Part shown: one piece after another, positions 45,061 through 54,442 of the stretch | Layout: each line of letters starts with the position of its first letter | How positions within the stretch are numbered: position 1 is the stretch's first letter | IMG/VR virus record: IMGVR_UViG_3300041809_000302 | Span: 1-56,197 of that record | Origin: a virus | Taxonomy: Duplodnaviria > Caudoviricetes | Length of the DNA: 56,197 nt | Reading direction: 5' to 3' (one strand) | Notes under the pieces: generated by a model | What the model saw: only the letters and a program-made list of their open reading frames with translations | Database searches by the model: none | Told to the model about the DNA's origin: nothing | Translations under genes and position numbers: made by a program

Positions 45061-48000
45061 AGCGCTTTTCCCTGATCGCATTTATGCTCTCCGCAACCAT
45101 GGCCTTTGGGTCTGCGACAACGCTTTACGTCGCGCAGTCAGCGGGAACCTTCAGCGGTGGCTCGGCCTGCAATGGGCAGACAGCAGTTTCGCTCGCAACT
45201 GCCAATGGCAGCGGTTTTTGGGGAAGTGGGAGCACTCAGGCTGGACCGGGAACGACGGTCTATCTCTGCGGAGCGCTCACGGCTTCGGCAGGGGCGGTTG
45301 GCCTCAACATCCAGAACAGCGGCACCAGCGGAAGCCCTCTCATTATTTTGTTTGATACCGGAACGACTTTCAAGTCTCCTAACTTTGCCGGATCGGCGCA
45401 AGGCTCTCCATGCTCTTCGTCTTGCGGCGGAATTGAAATCCTGAATCAGTCCTACGTAATCATCGACGGTGGATCGAACGGCATGATGGAGAATACCGCC
45501 GCAGGAAGTTCCACAATCACCTGCCAGAGCGGAAGCGCCTGTACCTATCATGGCGGGACTGTGGCCGTGTGGGTGAAAGGCGCACACAACATCGTCCGCA
45601 ATCTGACGATCCAGCACGTCTACGACAGTTGCGGGGCAACGAATTGTTCGGATACTTCCGGCAGTGACGTGACCTCCGGTATCACTGTGGATACAGGCGA
45701 AGATAACGATCTGATCTGCAACAACTCGATCAGCGACGTAAGTTATGGGTTCAGTTCAGACGCTTCGGGATCGGCTCCGACGCCATCGTCTACGGTCAAT
45801 TGCCAGTCGAACACAATTCCCACGGGCATCTCGGTTTATTGGAATACCTTCAACGACGCCTGCCATCACATTCAGCCAAACGGCTCCGGCTATATCGACA
45901 TCGGGTTCAACTTCATCGGCACGTTTACGAACTGGATTTGGCCCGGCACTGGCAATGGTTGCCATACAGATGGAATCATTCTCTATGGAGATTCGAGCAA
46001 GTTAGTAGGGTATATCCATCACAATGAGTTCTCCGGAGATCTTGGTCTTGGCAGTCCGACGGGAGAAATATACTGCACATATGGTGGCGGTGAAAGCCAA
46101 TGCTACGTTTATCGCAACCTGTTTATCGGAATCGGCAACGACCCAACCTGCTGCCAGGGAATTTCCTTCGCAGTAGACAGCGCTCCTGGGGCCATGGGGC
46201 CATACGACGAATATAACAACACGCTATCCGGTTATCTTTACATGTTCGAGAAGTACGGCGAACTGACCGCCGACACCTTCGACTTCCGTAATAACATCTT
46301 CGTCACCCCGAGCGGTGGCTACCACTACCAAGAGCAGAACGGTGGAGTCTGCACGCATCAGACCATCAATGGTGACCTCTATAACGGCGGCCGAAGTTCT
46401 CCGTGGGGATTATGCGGAGTATTGGTTGGGAGTCTGTCCACTTGGCAATCGGACTGCACTTCTGGTGGCGGAACCCTATGTGATGCCAAGTCTTCAACGA
46501 CAGCGGCAAATCTCAGCGCTGGCTACGTCCCGAATAGTGGTTCACCTGCGATTACTCTTGGCGATAATCTCACAAGCTTAAGCATCCCAACCCTGAACAT
46601 TGGTGCCCCGCAGACCTTCGGCGCTGGTGGGTCATGCGGAACCGGATGTCTAGCAGCGGCGGCGACAGGAAACTGGGATGCGGGGGCGTATCCGTTTGCA
46701 TCTGCATCAGTGGTTCCTCCGACCGTCACCACCACAACTGTCACCAGCATCACGGCCACGAGCGCATCTTCTGGAGGCACGGTCACATCGAACGGCGGGG
46801 CTAGCGTTACGGCAGAAGGGGTGGCTTATGGCACTTCGCCTAACCCGACATCGCCTTGCACTGGCAGCGGCACCGCTACGCCTTACACAACAACACTTAA
46901 CTCCTTATTGCCAAGCAGACTCTATTACTATCGCGCTTGTGCCACGAACTCAGCGGGAACCGGATACGGCAGTGATCTGTCGTTCACAACCTTGGCCGCT
47001 ACGAGCTGTGCTAATCTTGGGCACACAGCGCAAGGCGGAAGTCTCGGACCTCCTAACTATGGTCAGCTTTGCACTGATTTGAATCTCGACACGCTCGGTT
47101 ACCTTCCCGTACTTCAAACAAATTATGCGGCGGATTACGGGGCCACCGGAGCGGGGATGTGCGATTACAATTCCTTCGGGCAAAAGGTTTGCCGCCTCAC
47201 TGACGCTCTCACGGACCCGAATTATGTCGGAGCAATCTATGCCAACAACAACACAGGAGCGGATCAGGACAATCATATCGCCGGTGACCATTCGAGCGTT
47301 ATCGTGCAGTCAAACTCGGCGGAACGAACCTTCATCATCCTGTACAACACTGCGACAAACACGTGGACCGGATCGCTTGGCTCCCCAGGCGGATGGCCTT
47401 CTGCTACGGGATACAATCCGTACTACATATTATCGAGGAACGTCGCCTACAATCCGCTCAACTCTAAGCAGGTTTATGCACTCTACGTCAACAAAAGCAC
47501 GCCTTCCGCCATCTTGGACTTGATCGACTTCACTAGCTGTGTGTCGAATGGTGCTCCCGCTGCTACCTGCTCTCCCACTGTTACTCAGATAACCGACTTT
47601 GCTCAGGATACCTGCGGAACCGGGACGAAGCTTGTAAACCAATCCCCAACGCAAAGCAACGGCTTTGGCTTCTACCCGACCTACACAACGACGATTCAAA
47701 TCGACAACGCTGGTCAGAACATCACTTGGGGCATGTCGAACAACCAGCCGGCGGTTCCGGGATCTGGTCAAGGTGCTCAGAATACGGGAACGATCATGCT
47801 CTCATGGAGTATTCCTGCCCATGGATGCCGGTACTACAACATCGGCGGAGCGACCTACTGGGGAGTGGGAGCGCAACAGGTTGCTGGCGATTGGGGTCCA
47901 ACCGGGCCAGTGACCATGCAGTATTACACGCCATGGTCTGGGTCAAATAGCTATGCGCTGAACACCTTGATGCAGCCGACCAGCAATAATCCCACGCACC

Positions 48001-49313
48001 TCTACTTCAAAGTCACGACTGCGGGCACGTCTGGATCAAGTCAGCCGAACTGGAGTAGCTCTTGCGCCACTACTTGCACGGACAGTGGGGTGACATGGAC
48101 AAACCAAGGCGCACCTTATTGCAGCACGGATGGTACATACTCAGACGAATGGACGCTGCACTCCATGTTTGTAACACCGAGCAATTGGACGGAGATCGCC
48201 AATGGCGCGGGACAGGGAGCTTGCACCACAGCGGAACTTCAGGGACCCTATAGTTGGCAATCCACCACACTGAACGTTGCGGCTAATACGTTCACCAGCG
48301 GCGGCCACTTTTCCGGTGGCTACTCGCACGTCATGCAGGGCACGAACAGCCCGCAAGGGCAGACCGCGGTCGCTTCTTTCGTTCCGACCCAAATCGGACC
48401 CGCCTACAACACGCTTCAGTCAAGCTACGTCGGCATCTCCAACAGCACCTACCTCGACATGCATTTCACCTGTAACGGGGAGAACATCTACGATTCTATG
48501 CCCTGTTATGTTACGAACACGTCTTACACGACAGGGCACGGTAGCTTGAACCCAGCAACGGTGGGGAATCCGGGATACGATTACGCGAACAACGGCTGCG
48601 GACTCCGCGATCCCATGTCAGCGTGGTCCGGTCCTCCATTCAACTGCGGCAACTTGAATCCCTTCAGCGGTTACGGCGTGAACGAAGTACGTCTCTATCC
48701 GATGGCTGTTCCGATGGGAGGCACGACATCTTGCACTTCAGCTCCATGCGCTGGCACGCAGGCTCCGTTGCGCGTCAGCCCGAATTATCTCGGAGCTAAC
48801 GGCTGGAGCTTTAACTCGCAGAACGCGACGATTGATTCAGGAATCGATAACGCAATGGTTACCGTCACCACTGACATGCTAGGAACGTTTGGGACAATCT
48901 GGAATTCGCAAGTGACCGGATGCGGCGGCAATACTTGCTATCGTCCAGTGCAGGGTGGTCCACCGTGGCAAGCGGGTCACGTTTACAACGCTGGAGACGT
49001 GATTACCTCGCAGACAGTAGCGGTGTCAGCTACCGTTTCAACCGGAACACAAGCATTATATTGCACGTTCTACACCGTGGCTGGAGGAACCAGCGGAACC
49101 CCTACAGAGCCCACTTGGACGAATGGAGGGCACACGGCTTGTTTGGCGAGCGTGACAGACAATGGGGTTACGTGGGTTCCGGTCACCAGCACCAACTATG
49201 GGGCCACGACCTACGCTGGGCTGACGAATGCGCGTACCGACGTGATTGCTATATTTACTGGCAACCCAGCCACAATTAGCGCTCCCTCTGCTCTGATGAT
49301 TGGTGTACCTTAA
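45057..49313 (+). CDS. Large secreted beta-helix/FN3/propeller adhesin or depolymerase (1418 aa)
   Basis: TTG overlapping the previous stop with GAGGG SD; MKRFSLIAFMLSATMAFG|; LYVAQ..G.G..C, HTDGI, SPAI..G, WDAGAY, YYYRACATNSAGTGYG. Confidence 0.8.
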   Translation: MKRFSLIAFMLSATMAFGSATTLYVAQSAGTFSGGSACNGQTAVSLATANGSGFWGSGSTQAGPGTTVYLCGALTASAGAVGLNIQNSGTSGSPLIILFDTGTTFKSPNFAGSAQGSPCSSSCGGIEILNQSYVIIDGGSNGMMENTAAGSSTITCQSGSACTYHGGTVAVWVKGAHNIVRNLTIQHVYDSCGATNCSDTSGSDVTSGITVDTGEDNDLICNNSISDVSYGFSSDASGSAPTPSSTVNCQSNTIPTGISVYWNTFNDACHHIQPNGSGYIDIGFNFIGTFTNWIWPGTGNGCHTDGIILYGDSSKLVGYIHHNEFSGDLGLGSPTGEIYCTYGGGESQCYVYRNLFIGIGNDPTCCQGISFAVDSAPGAMGPYDEYNNTLSGYLYMFEKYGELTADTFDFRNNIFVTPSGGYHYQEQNGGVCTHQTINGDLYNGGRSSPWGLCGVLVGSLSTWQSDCTSGGGTLCDAKSSTTAANLSAGYVPNSGSPAITLGDNLTSLSIPTLNIGAPQTFGAGGSCGTGCLAAAATGNWDAGAYPFASASVVPPTVTTTTVTSITATSASSGGTVTSNGGASVTAEGVAYGTSPNPTSPCTGSGTATPYTTTLNSLLPSRLYYYRACATNSAGTGYGSDLSFTTLAATSCANLGHTAQGGSLGPPNYGQLCTDLNLDTLGYLPVLQTNYAADYGATGAGMCDYNSFGQKVCRLTDALTDPNYVGAIYANNNTGADQDNHIAGDHSSVIVQSNSAERTFIILYNTATNTWTGSLGSPGGWPSATGYNPYYILSRNVAYNPLNSKQVYALYVNKSTPSAILDLIDFTSCVSNGAPAATCSPTVTQITDFAQDTCGTGTKLVNQSPTQSNGFGFYPTYTTTIQIDNAGQNITWGMSNNQPAVPGSGQGAQNTGTIMLSWSIPAHGCRYYNIGGATYWGVGAQQVAGDWGPTGPVTMQYYTPWSGSNSYALNTLMQPTSNNPTHLYFKVTTAGTSGSSQPNWSSSCATTCTDSGVTWTNQGAPYCSTDGTYSDEWTLHSMFVTPSNWTEIANGAGQGACTTAELQGPYSWQSTTLNVAANTFTSGGHFSGGYSHVMQGTNSPQGQTAVASFVPTQIGPAYNTLQSSYVGISNSTYLDMHFTCNGENIYDSMPCYVTNTSYTTGHGSLNPATVGNPGYDYANNGCGLRDPMSAWSGPPFNCGNLNPFSGYGVNEVRLYPMAVPMGGTTSCTSAPCAGTQAPLRVSPNYLGANGWSFNSQNATIDSGIDNAMVTVTTDMLGTFGTIWNSQVTGCGGNTCYRPVQGGPPWQAGHVYNAGDVITSQTVAVSATVSTGTQALYCTFYTVAGGTSGTPTEPTWTNGGHTACLASVTDNGVTWVPVTSTNYGATTYAGLTNARTDVIAIFTGNPATISAPSALMIGVP

Positions 49314-49330
49314 AGCATAAAGGAGACTGT

Positions 49331-50005
49331 ATGCGGAAAATTGCAGTGATTTTAGTCCTGTTAGCCAGTTTCGCTTTTTCGCAGTCGCACCAACCGCTTA
49401 AAGCTAAGATCGTCAGATCAGCTAGTGGCGCGAGCGTGTCACTGACTTGCACTTCTCCGGGAAGCGTGGCTGTTGCTTTCAACTTCTATCGCGGTACGGT
49501 TTCAGGTGGTCCGTACACGATACTCGGAACTAGTCCCATGGTAGCAACGTGCGCCTATACGGATGCTACGGTTTCTCCGGGGACAACGTACTACTACGTG
49601 GCGACGGCGCTTGATATTGCCGTAGGCGCGACCTGTCCAACTGGGCAGACGTGCGAAAGTGGCTATTCCAATCAGGCGACTGCTGTTGTACCATTCCCGC
49701 CTCCTCCTAATCCTCCGACTGGATTGACCGTTGGGACAATCGTGGGAACGAGTGTTCCCCTGGAGTGGGTCCCGCCCGTCCCTCAAACTGGGGTATATGT
49801 TGATTACTATGCAGTCTTTACCTGTAGCGGGAAGTTATGCCCTAATCCCGTTTGGATTTCAAGCGTAAGCATACCGGGATACACCGATACTAGCTGCACC
49901 CCGCGTCCGCGAGTCTGTCGTTATTTCGTAAGGGCACATGACACAGTTGCTGGCCTAAAGGTAGTAACGGCACGCAGCAACATTGCTACGGCGGTTGTCC
50001 AGTAG
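49331..50005 (+). CDS. Secreted protein with two fibronectin type III-like domains
   Basis: AAGGAG SD; MRKIAVILVLLASFAFS|Q; FNFYRGTVSGGPY, YTD..V..GTTYYYV, ES.YSN, PTGL; 8 Cys. Confidence 0.8.
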   Translation: MRKIAVILVLLASFAFSQSHQPLKAKIVRSASGASVSLTCTSPGSVAVAFNFYRGTVSGGPYTILGTSPMVATCAYTDATVSPGTTYYYVATALDIAVGATCPTGQTCESGYSNQATAVVPFPPPPNPPTGLTVGTIVGTSVPLEWVPPVPQTGVYVDYYAVFTCSGKLCPNPVWISSVSIPGYTDTSCTPRPRVCRYFVRAHDTVAGLKVVTARSNIATAVVQ

Positions 50006-50042
50006 AACGGGTTCTGATTGGGTAGGGAAATGTGGTGATCCA

Positions 50043-50294
50043 GTGATCTATGAGAAATTACATCCTTCGGAGATTCGGGCTGCTGATACACTGTGCATGC
50101 TGGCAAAGTATGGCATGAACTGCAAAAGTCAGGACGTTGCCAACGTTTTGGGTATCTCAAAAGCTACTGTCAAGCAGCACTTGAGCCAAGCGATGGAAAA
50201 GACGGGTTTCTTTGATCGAATTAACTTCATACTGGCTTGGCGATGCGAGATCTTTCAGATTGGATTACGGCATTTGGGCATGATACCGAAATAA
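50043..50294 (+). CDS. LuxR-type HTH DNA-binding protein
   Basis: SQDVANVLGISKATVKQHL..AMEKTG..DR. Confidence 0.75.
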   Translation: MIYEKLHPSEIRAADTLCMLAKYGMNCKSQDVANVLGISKATVKQHLSQAMEKTGFFDRINFILAWRCEIFQIGLRHLGMIPK

Positions 50295-50313
50295 CGACCT
50301 GAAAGGGGTACAG

Positions 50314-50514
50314 GTGTTTGAATCAGAGTCTTCAGAACATCATGCGATTCTCGTTGCGGTGTTGGCACTTATCGGGAAGGTGATATGGGATTGGCTCACC
50401 AGCGGGAGATCGAAGCAAACGAAAGACGACGTGAGCGAACTAAGGACCCTGCTGCACGAAATGAATGATCGGCAGAAGAAGATGTGGGAATACATGTTAG
50501 GGAGGCACAAATGA
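50314..50514 (+). CDS. Small single-TM protein (holin/antiholin-like)
   Basis: AILVAVLALIGKVIW plus short coiled coil. Confidence 0.6.
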   Translation: MFESESSEHHAILVAVLALIGKVIWDWLTSGRSKQTKDDVSELRTLLHEMNDRQKKMWEYMLGRHK

Positions 50515-50711
50515 TTACGTTATTGCTTTACCTTGTTGTTGCAGTGCTCATACTGTCATTCGCGGTGTGGGTGATTCGTACCTTTTGTCCGCCGGAGTTC
50601 CAGAAGTACGCGTTTCTTCTGGTCGGGCTGGTGGTGCTCATCTTCGTGTGCTATACGCTGCTGGGGATGGGCAATGGAGGCGGGATAAGCATTCCTCGCA
50701 CGTTGCGATGA
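50511..50711 (+). CDS. Small two-TM membrane protein
   Basis: GGAGG SD; two hydrophobic helices. Confidence 0.7.
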   Translation: MITLLLYLVVAVLILSFAVWVIRTFCPPEFQKYAFLLVGLVVLIFVCYTLLGMGNGGGISIPRTLR

Positions 50712-50902
50712 CCAACGACGGGGCGCAGTGGCTGGCAAATCACCTCAACGGGCCGAATGGGGAGAAGAAGCCGTTCGGATGCTTCTGGTGCGGCGGGACG
50801 GTTATCAGTCACCGATCATCATGTCCCGGCTACGACGCGGTGCACCAGTTGGACGAAGGCAGTAGCGGTGAAGGGAATCCAGGACAAACAGGAGGCAACT
50901 AA
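50708..50902 (+). CDS. Small hypothetical protein (CxxC...H...C)
   Basis: ATGA and TAATG coupling. Confidence 0.45.
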   Translation: MTNDGAQWLANHLNGPNGEKKPFGCFWCGGTVISHRSSCPGYDAVHQLDEGSSGEGNPGQTGGN

Positions 50903-51216
50903 TGAACGGGTTAATGACGAAGTTGCTTGGAAGTTCATGGCGCACGACTATTGGAGGCGCGATGGTTGGCGTTCCGCCTTTAGTGTTCGCAGCAGCACAG
51001 GCAGCCAATATCACCTTTGGTCACTGGACGTTGTTCGCTCTTACCTTAACTACAGGATTAGGTGCCTTGATTCTCGGCGGAAACGCAAAGGATCAGCAGG
51101 TCCATTCTACCGCCGCGCAAGTTCAAGTGGCGACCATTGACGCTGGGCCGCAACCTGATCCGGCGACGGTCGCAGCAGCACAGGCGGCACTCGATGCCGC
51201 CAAGAAGGGACTATGA
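50902..51216 (+). CDS. Holin
   Basis: SWRTTIGG...two TM segments...AKD pattern; lysis-region position. Confidence 0.7.
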   Translation: MNGLMTKLLGSSWRTTIGGAMVGVPPLVFAAAQAANITFGHWTLFALTLTTGLGALILGGNAKDQQVHSTAAQVQVATIDAGPQPDPATVAAAQAALDAAKKGL

Positions 51217-51806
51217 CCATGCAAACTCGAAGGGGATTCATCCAGCGTGTATCCATGCTGTTCGGTGCGCTCGCCGTATCCGGTGGAACCATGTTTATGT
51301 CTGCTTGTGGGGTTGTAAACAATCTTCTCACCGCATTCCAGACTATCCTGAATATCCTGTCCGCGGCCGGCTTGGTTCCCGGGGGAGCTTTAGTCACAAC
51401 GGCTCTATCCGCGGTCATTTCCGAATTGCAGGCATACGAATCAGCGCCAGCAGCCGACAAGGATTCGATTGGTATGGATCTGTCTCTGGCCATTCAGTTG
51501 GCTCAGGCACGTCTGCAGTCATGGTTCTCTGGTCTGAACTTGACGGGACCGCTGGCGGTTGTGATCGAGAGTTTGGTGAGCGTCATCCTTTCGACGCTGG
51601 CTGGGCTACTGCCAACATTACCTGTACCCCCACAATCCAGATATGCAGCTATCAGCTCTGAACTCAAGGCAGTTCCGCATCCGGTCATCTATCGTCCGGT
51701 TGGAACGATCATCATCAACAAGAAGGGTCTGCGGAGAGCTTATGAGCAGTTCCGGACCAGTTTCAATGCAGTTTTAGTCGCCTACGGCTACCAGAAGGCA
51801 TTCTGA
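51213..51806 (+). CDS. Tat-signal lipoprotein (spanin candidate)
   Basis: TRRGFI twin-arginine motif, h-region, MSA|C lipobox; later hydrophobic helices. Confidence 0.7.
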   Translation: MTMQTRRGFIQRVSMLFGALAVSGGTMFMSACGVVNNLLTAFQTILNILSAAGLVPGGALVTTALSAVISELQAYESAPAADKDSIGMDLSLAIQLAQARLQSWFSGLNLTGPLAVVIESLVSVILSTLAGLLPTLPVPPQSRYAAISSELKAVPHPVIYRPVGTIIINKKGLRRAYEQFRTSFNAVLVAYGYQKAF

Positions 51807-52492
51807 TGCCATTACCTAGACCGAGAGGAGCTACGCCATCACCGAGACATGAACTAGCAGCGGCTAGTCCGCATGTCATTGAAGGCGTGGCTCCTGCCCA
51901 ATTTCTTCGCCTTCCGTCAAAGCTATCCATGTGGCTGAACGACGTTGATGGAGACTGTGTTACCGCGGAAGAAGCCTTTAAGGTCGCCTGCATGAATCCG
52001 GAAGTGTTTATCACCGATTCAACCGTCCAGGCGTGGGCCTCGGCTCGCGGAGTGCTGAATGGTGCCGTTATCTCCGGAGTGCTGTACATGATGCACAAGT
52101 GGGGATTCGAGCAGGGCGGCGTGAATTACGGAGATGGCGACAAGCATGGCATCGACTGGACAAATGCCCCGCTTCTCCAGAATGCAATTTGGAAAAGCCC
52201 GGTAAAATTCGGAGTGGCCGGCGATCAGTTGGAGTATGCCGTGCCCAGCCCTCCGAGCAATGGTTGGCTCGCTACCGGATTCCAACAGGATACGAACGAA
52301 GATCACTGTGTGTCTCTTAGCGGATATGGGCCAATCTCGTGGCTGGCCAGCCAGCTCGGCACCCAGATCGACAGCAATGCTCCAGGATATGCGTTATTCA
52401 CATGGTCATCGGTTGGAATCATTGATGTGCCCTCAATGCTGGCGATAACCGGGGAAGCGTGGATTCGCTCCCCAGGTACGGTAATCAGATGA
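51806..52492 (+). CDS. Papain-like cysteine peptidase, probable endolysin catalytic domain
   Basis: LNDVDGDCVTA...HCV..SGY...TW pattern; follows holin. Confidence 0.65.
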   Translation: MPLPRPRGATPSPRHELAAASPHVIEGVAPAQFLRLPSKLSMWLNDVDGDCVTAEEAFKVACMNPEVFITDSTVQAWASARGVLNGAVISGVLYMMHKWGFEQGGVNYGDGDKHGIDWTNAPLLQNAIWKSPVKFGVAGDQLEYAVPSPPSNGWLATGFQQDTNEDHCVSLSGYGPISWLASQLGTQIDSNAPGYALFTWSSVGIIDVPSMLAITGEAWIRSPGTVIR

Positions 52493-52534
52493 ACGGCGTT
52501 AGACGAGCGCAACTACGGAAGAGGGGAGAGCCAA

Positions 52535-52630
52535 GTGATTCAGCATCAACTAAAACTTCGACCTTGCAAGAAACAAGAACAGACCTGCGAACAGTTTCTC
52601 TATCACTTGTCCTCTGTCTGGAACTGGGCG
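52535..52630 (+). pseudogene. tnpB: N-terminal remnant of an IS200/IS605-family TnpB
   Basis: MIQHQLKLRPCKKQEQTCEQFLYHLSSVWNWA resembles the OrfB HTH N-terminus; similarity ends after ~32 aa. Confidence 0.65.
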
Positions 52631-52632
52631 GG

Positions 52633-52671
52633 GAGGGCAGGAAGTGAGCCGTGCCTGCCACTCGGGTTTTT
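52633..52671 (+). terminator. Possible intrinsic terminator ending the late operon
   Basis: GAG-GGCAGG...CCTGCC-A-CTC followed by GGGTTTTT. Confidence 0.4.
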
Positions 52672-52727
52672 GAAACTCGCTTTCGAGGAGACTTTGGGCG
52701 ACCGTTTCGATATTTGGAGGATTAGTC

Positions 52728-53102
52728 ATGCCATTAAATCTGGAGCTAGCTAACCAACTGAACAACTTTCTGAGCGGAAGTCTGGACCTGTCGGCCTACC
52801 GAGAGGCAATGATGCGAGTTCGTGTCGAAAAGCTAGAATCACTGTTGCTCCGGGACAAAAATTTCGTGTATGAATTTGAAACCCGCTATGCCCAACTTAA
52901 AGCGGAGGCGTTAACGGAGTATCAATTCAAAGAGCTGTTGACGTATGCCGCTATCTCCGACTCTGCGGCGACGACTTCGCAGCCAAAGGTCTGGTTCTAC
53001 CCCGATCCACAAGAGGAAAAAGCCAGAGTGGACACGAAAGCGGAAGGGCAGACAGCGAATTATTCCGAACTAGTCCGCGAGGAGCCCATCGACGGTGGTT
53101 AA
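52728..53102 (+). CDS. Hypothetical protein (moron-like)
   Basis: GGAGG SD; 124 aa. Confidence 0.65.
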   Translation: MPLNLELANQLNNFLSGSLDLSAYREAMMRVRVEKLESLLLRDKNFVYEFETRYAQLKAEALTEYQFKELLTYAAISDSAATTSQPKVWFYPDPQEEKARVDTKAEGQTANYSELVREEPIDGG

Positions 53103-53142
53103 ATAATGAAAATAATGGAGTTGGCGCTCATCATCGCTCTGC

Positions 53143-53397
53143 TCAACCTGCCTGCTCCCGCTTATATCTGCTGATAGAATCATATAGTCTACTTCCCCAG
53201 ATAAGTGCGAATCCCAAAGGTATACAGCATCCCAGGAAAGGAGAATAATCAAGGACGTGTTCAAAGCGGCTGTTCATTAGACCTAGAGCTTCGACAGCTT
53301 TTTGCGCGTTGTAGCATACAAACGATAAATGCAGCAATACGAAGAAGCCCATTACGAACACCGACAAGCACAGTGCACAGATGATAATGCGAATCAT
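53143..53397 (-). CDS. Two-TM membrane protein
   Basis: GGAGG SD; two hydrophobic segments. Confidence 0.55.
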   Translation of the reverse strand: MIRIIICALCLSVFVMGFFVLLHLSFVCYNAQKAVEALGLMNSRFEHVLDYSPFLGCCIPLGFALIWGSRLYDSISRYKREQAG

Positions 53398-53458
53398 TTT
53401 TCTCCCTCCGGGTTGCGGTCCTCGGCCAGAGATAAAGACAAACGGCGCATTCGCTCAT

Positions 53459-53662
53459 TCAAACCCTCACGTAAATCTTCCTGATATTCGGTCCTAACGC
53501 CCCTCTCCATGTGCAGTGGGGACAGTATATCTCCGTTGCTATGCAGACATGCTTCGTGTACTGGTTGGCCGGGGCTAGGGTTAGCAGGCCCTCGCCACAA
53601 GCCGGACACCGTGGGCACCAGTTCTCGTCACTTGGACTCGTCGGCGGAGGTGCGGTACTCAT
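53459..53662 (-). CDS. Zn-ribbon protein
   Basis: CPRCPACG...CPHCTW; ATGA coupling. Confidence 0.6.
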   Translation of the reverse strand: MSTAPPPTSPSDENWCPRCPACGEGLLTLAPANQYTKHVCIATEIYCPHCTWRGALGPNIRKIYVRV

Positions 53663-53886
53663 GCCAATTTCCTCCACTTCTCATTCCCTGTATTCCGTGG
53701 TTCCTTCTTATCCAAACGAAGAACGGATAGAGTCTCACATCGTTGCACTGCTGCTCTTGCTGCCTCATTAAACATCACCTGTCTAGCCAGGGGAGTTGCA
53801 TGAATCCGAATCTGCTCAGTCAGCCGCAAGGCCCGCATATAGCCTAGTCTGTAAGCCTTAACCGCTACTGGATCGCTCCAATTCAC
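53659..53886 (-). CDS. Hypothetical protein
   Basis: GTGA coupling within operon. Confidence 0.5.
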   Translation of the reverse strand: MNWSDPVAVKAYRLGYMRALRLTEQIRIHATPLARQVMFNEAARAAVQRCETLSVLRLDKKEPRNTGNEKWRKLA

Positions 53887-54221
53887 AAAGCCAGCCTAAT
53901 CTGCTTTTGCCGTTGCCAGAAATCCCTTGCCTGTTTTACTTCCTGCCCGCGAACACAGGTACAAGGCAGCCCAGATTCGGCGAGCGTTCCGGCATCCATA
54001 CAAGCTCGGCAAGAGATGGCACAAGTGTTTAACTGTGCCTTCTTTCCATTCACTTCTCGCATCCGATCCCAATTCGCTATTCCGGCTTTCCAGTTTTTCA
54101 TTGGAACCTTGCCAACCATCCAGCCGTTCGTTTCGTAGTGCAAGAAAAACGCCACCGGATCGACAGAGGGGTGACGGCTTTCACAGTAGGCGAAAATTTC
54201 TTCGTAGGATGGCTTTGTCAT
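53883..54221 (-). CDS. Replication-initiator C-terminal-like domain protein with Zn ribbon
   Basis: PSYEEI.AYC...DP..F..HYETNGW.VGK.PMKNWKA.I.NW; CRAC...CTC. Confidence 0.65.
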   Translation of the reverse strand: MTKPSYEEIFAYCESRHPSVDPVAFFLHYETNGWMVGKVPMKNWKAGIANWDRMREVNGKKAQLNTCAISCRACMDAGTLAESGLPCTCVRGQEVKQARDFWQRQKQIRLAL

Positions 54222-54442
54222 TTTTCGTAAAAGCAGCGCAAAAAAGGCTGGCCCTCGAACGGCTCAATGAAACCAACGCAGAAGCATATACAAAATTTGC
54301 AGTTATAGCAGCAAGTTCTTGCCGTGATGATGTACTTGTGAGCATTACCAGAAGACGCGCCGGTTTTTGCGATGTCATCACTCGTGGGAGGATTATGGTA
54401 CTTCCTCTGGCACCCACATCGACCACATGGGTCAGTCGGCAT
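54218..54442 (-). CDS. Cys-rich small protein
   Basis: MPTDPCGRCGC...CCYNCKFCICFC; ATGA coupling downstream. Confidence 0.55.
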   Translation of the reverse strand: MPTDPCGRCGCQRKYHNPPTSDDIAKTGASSGNAHKYIITARTCCYNCKFCICFCVGFIEPFEGQPFLRCFYEK

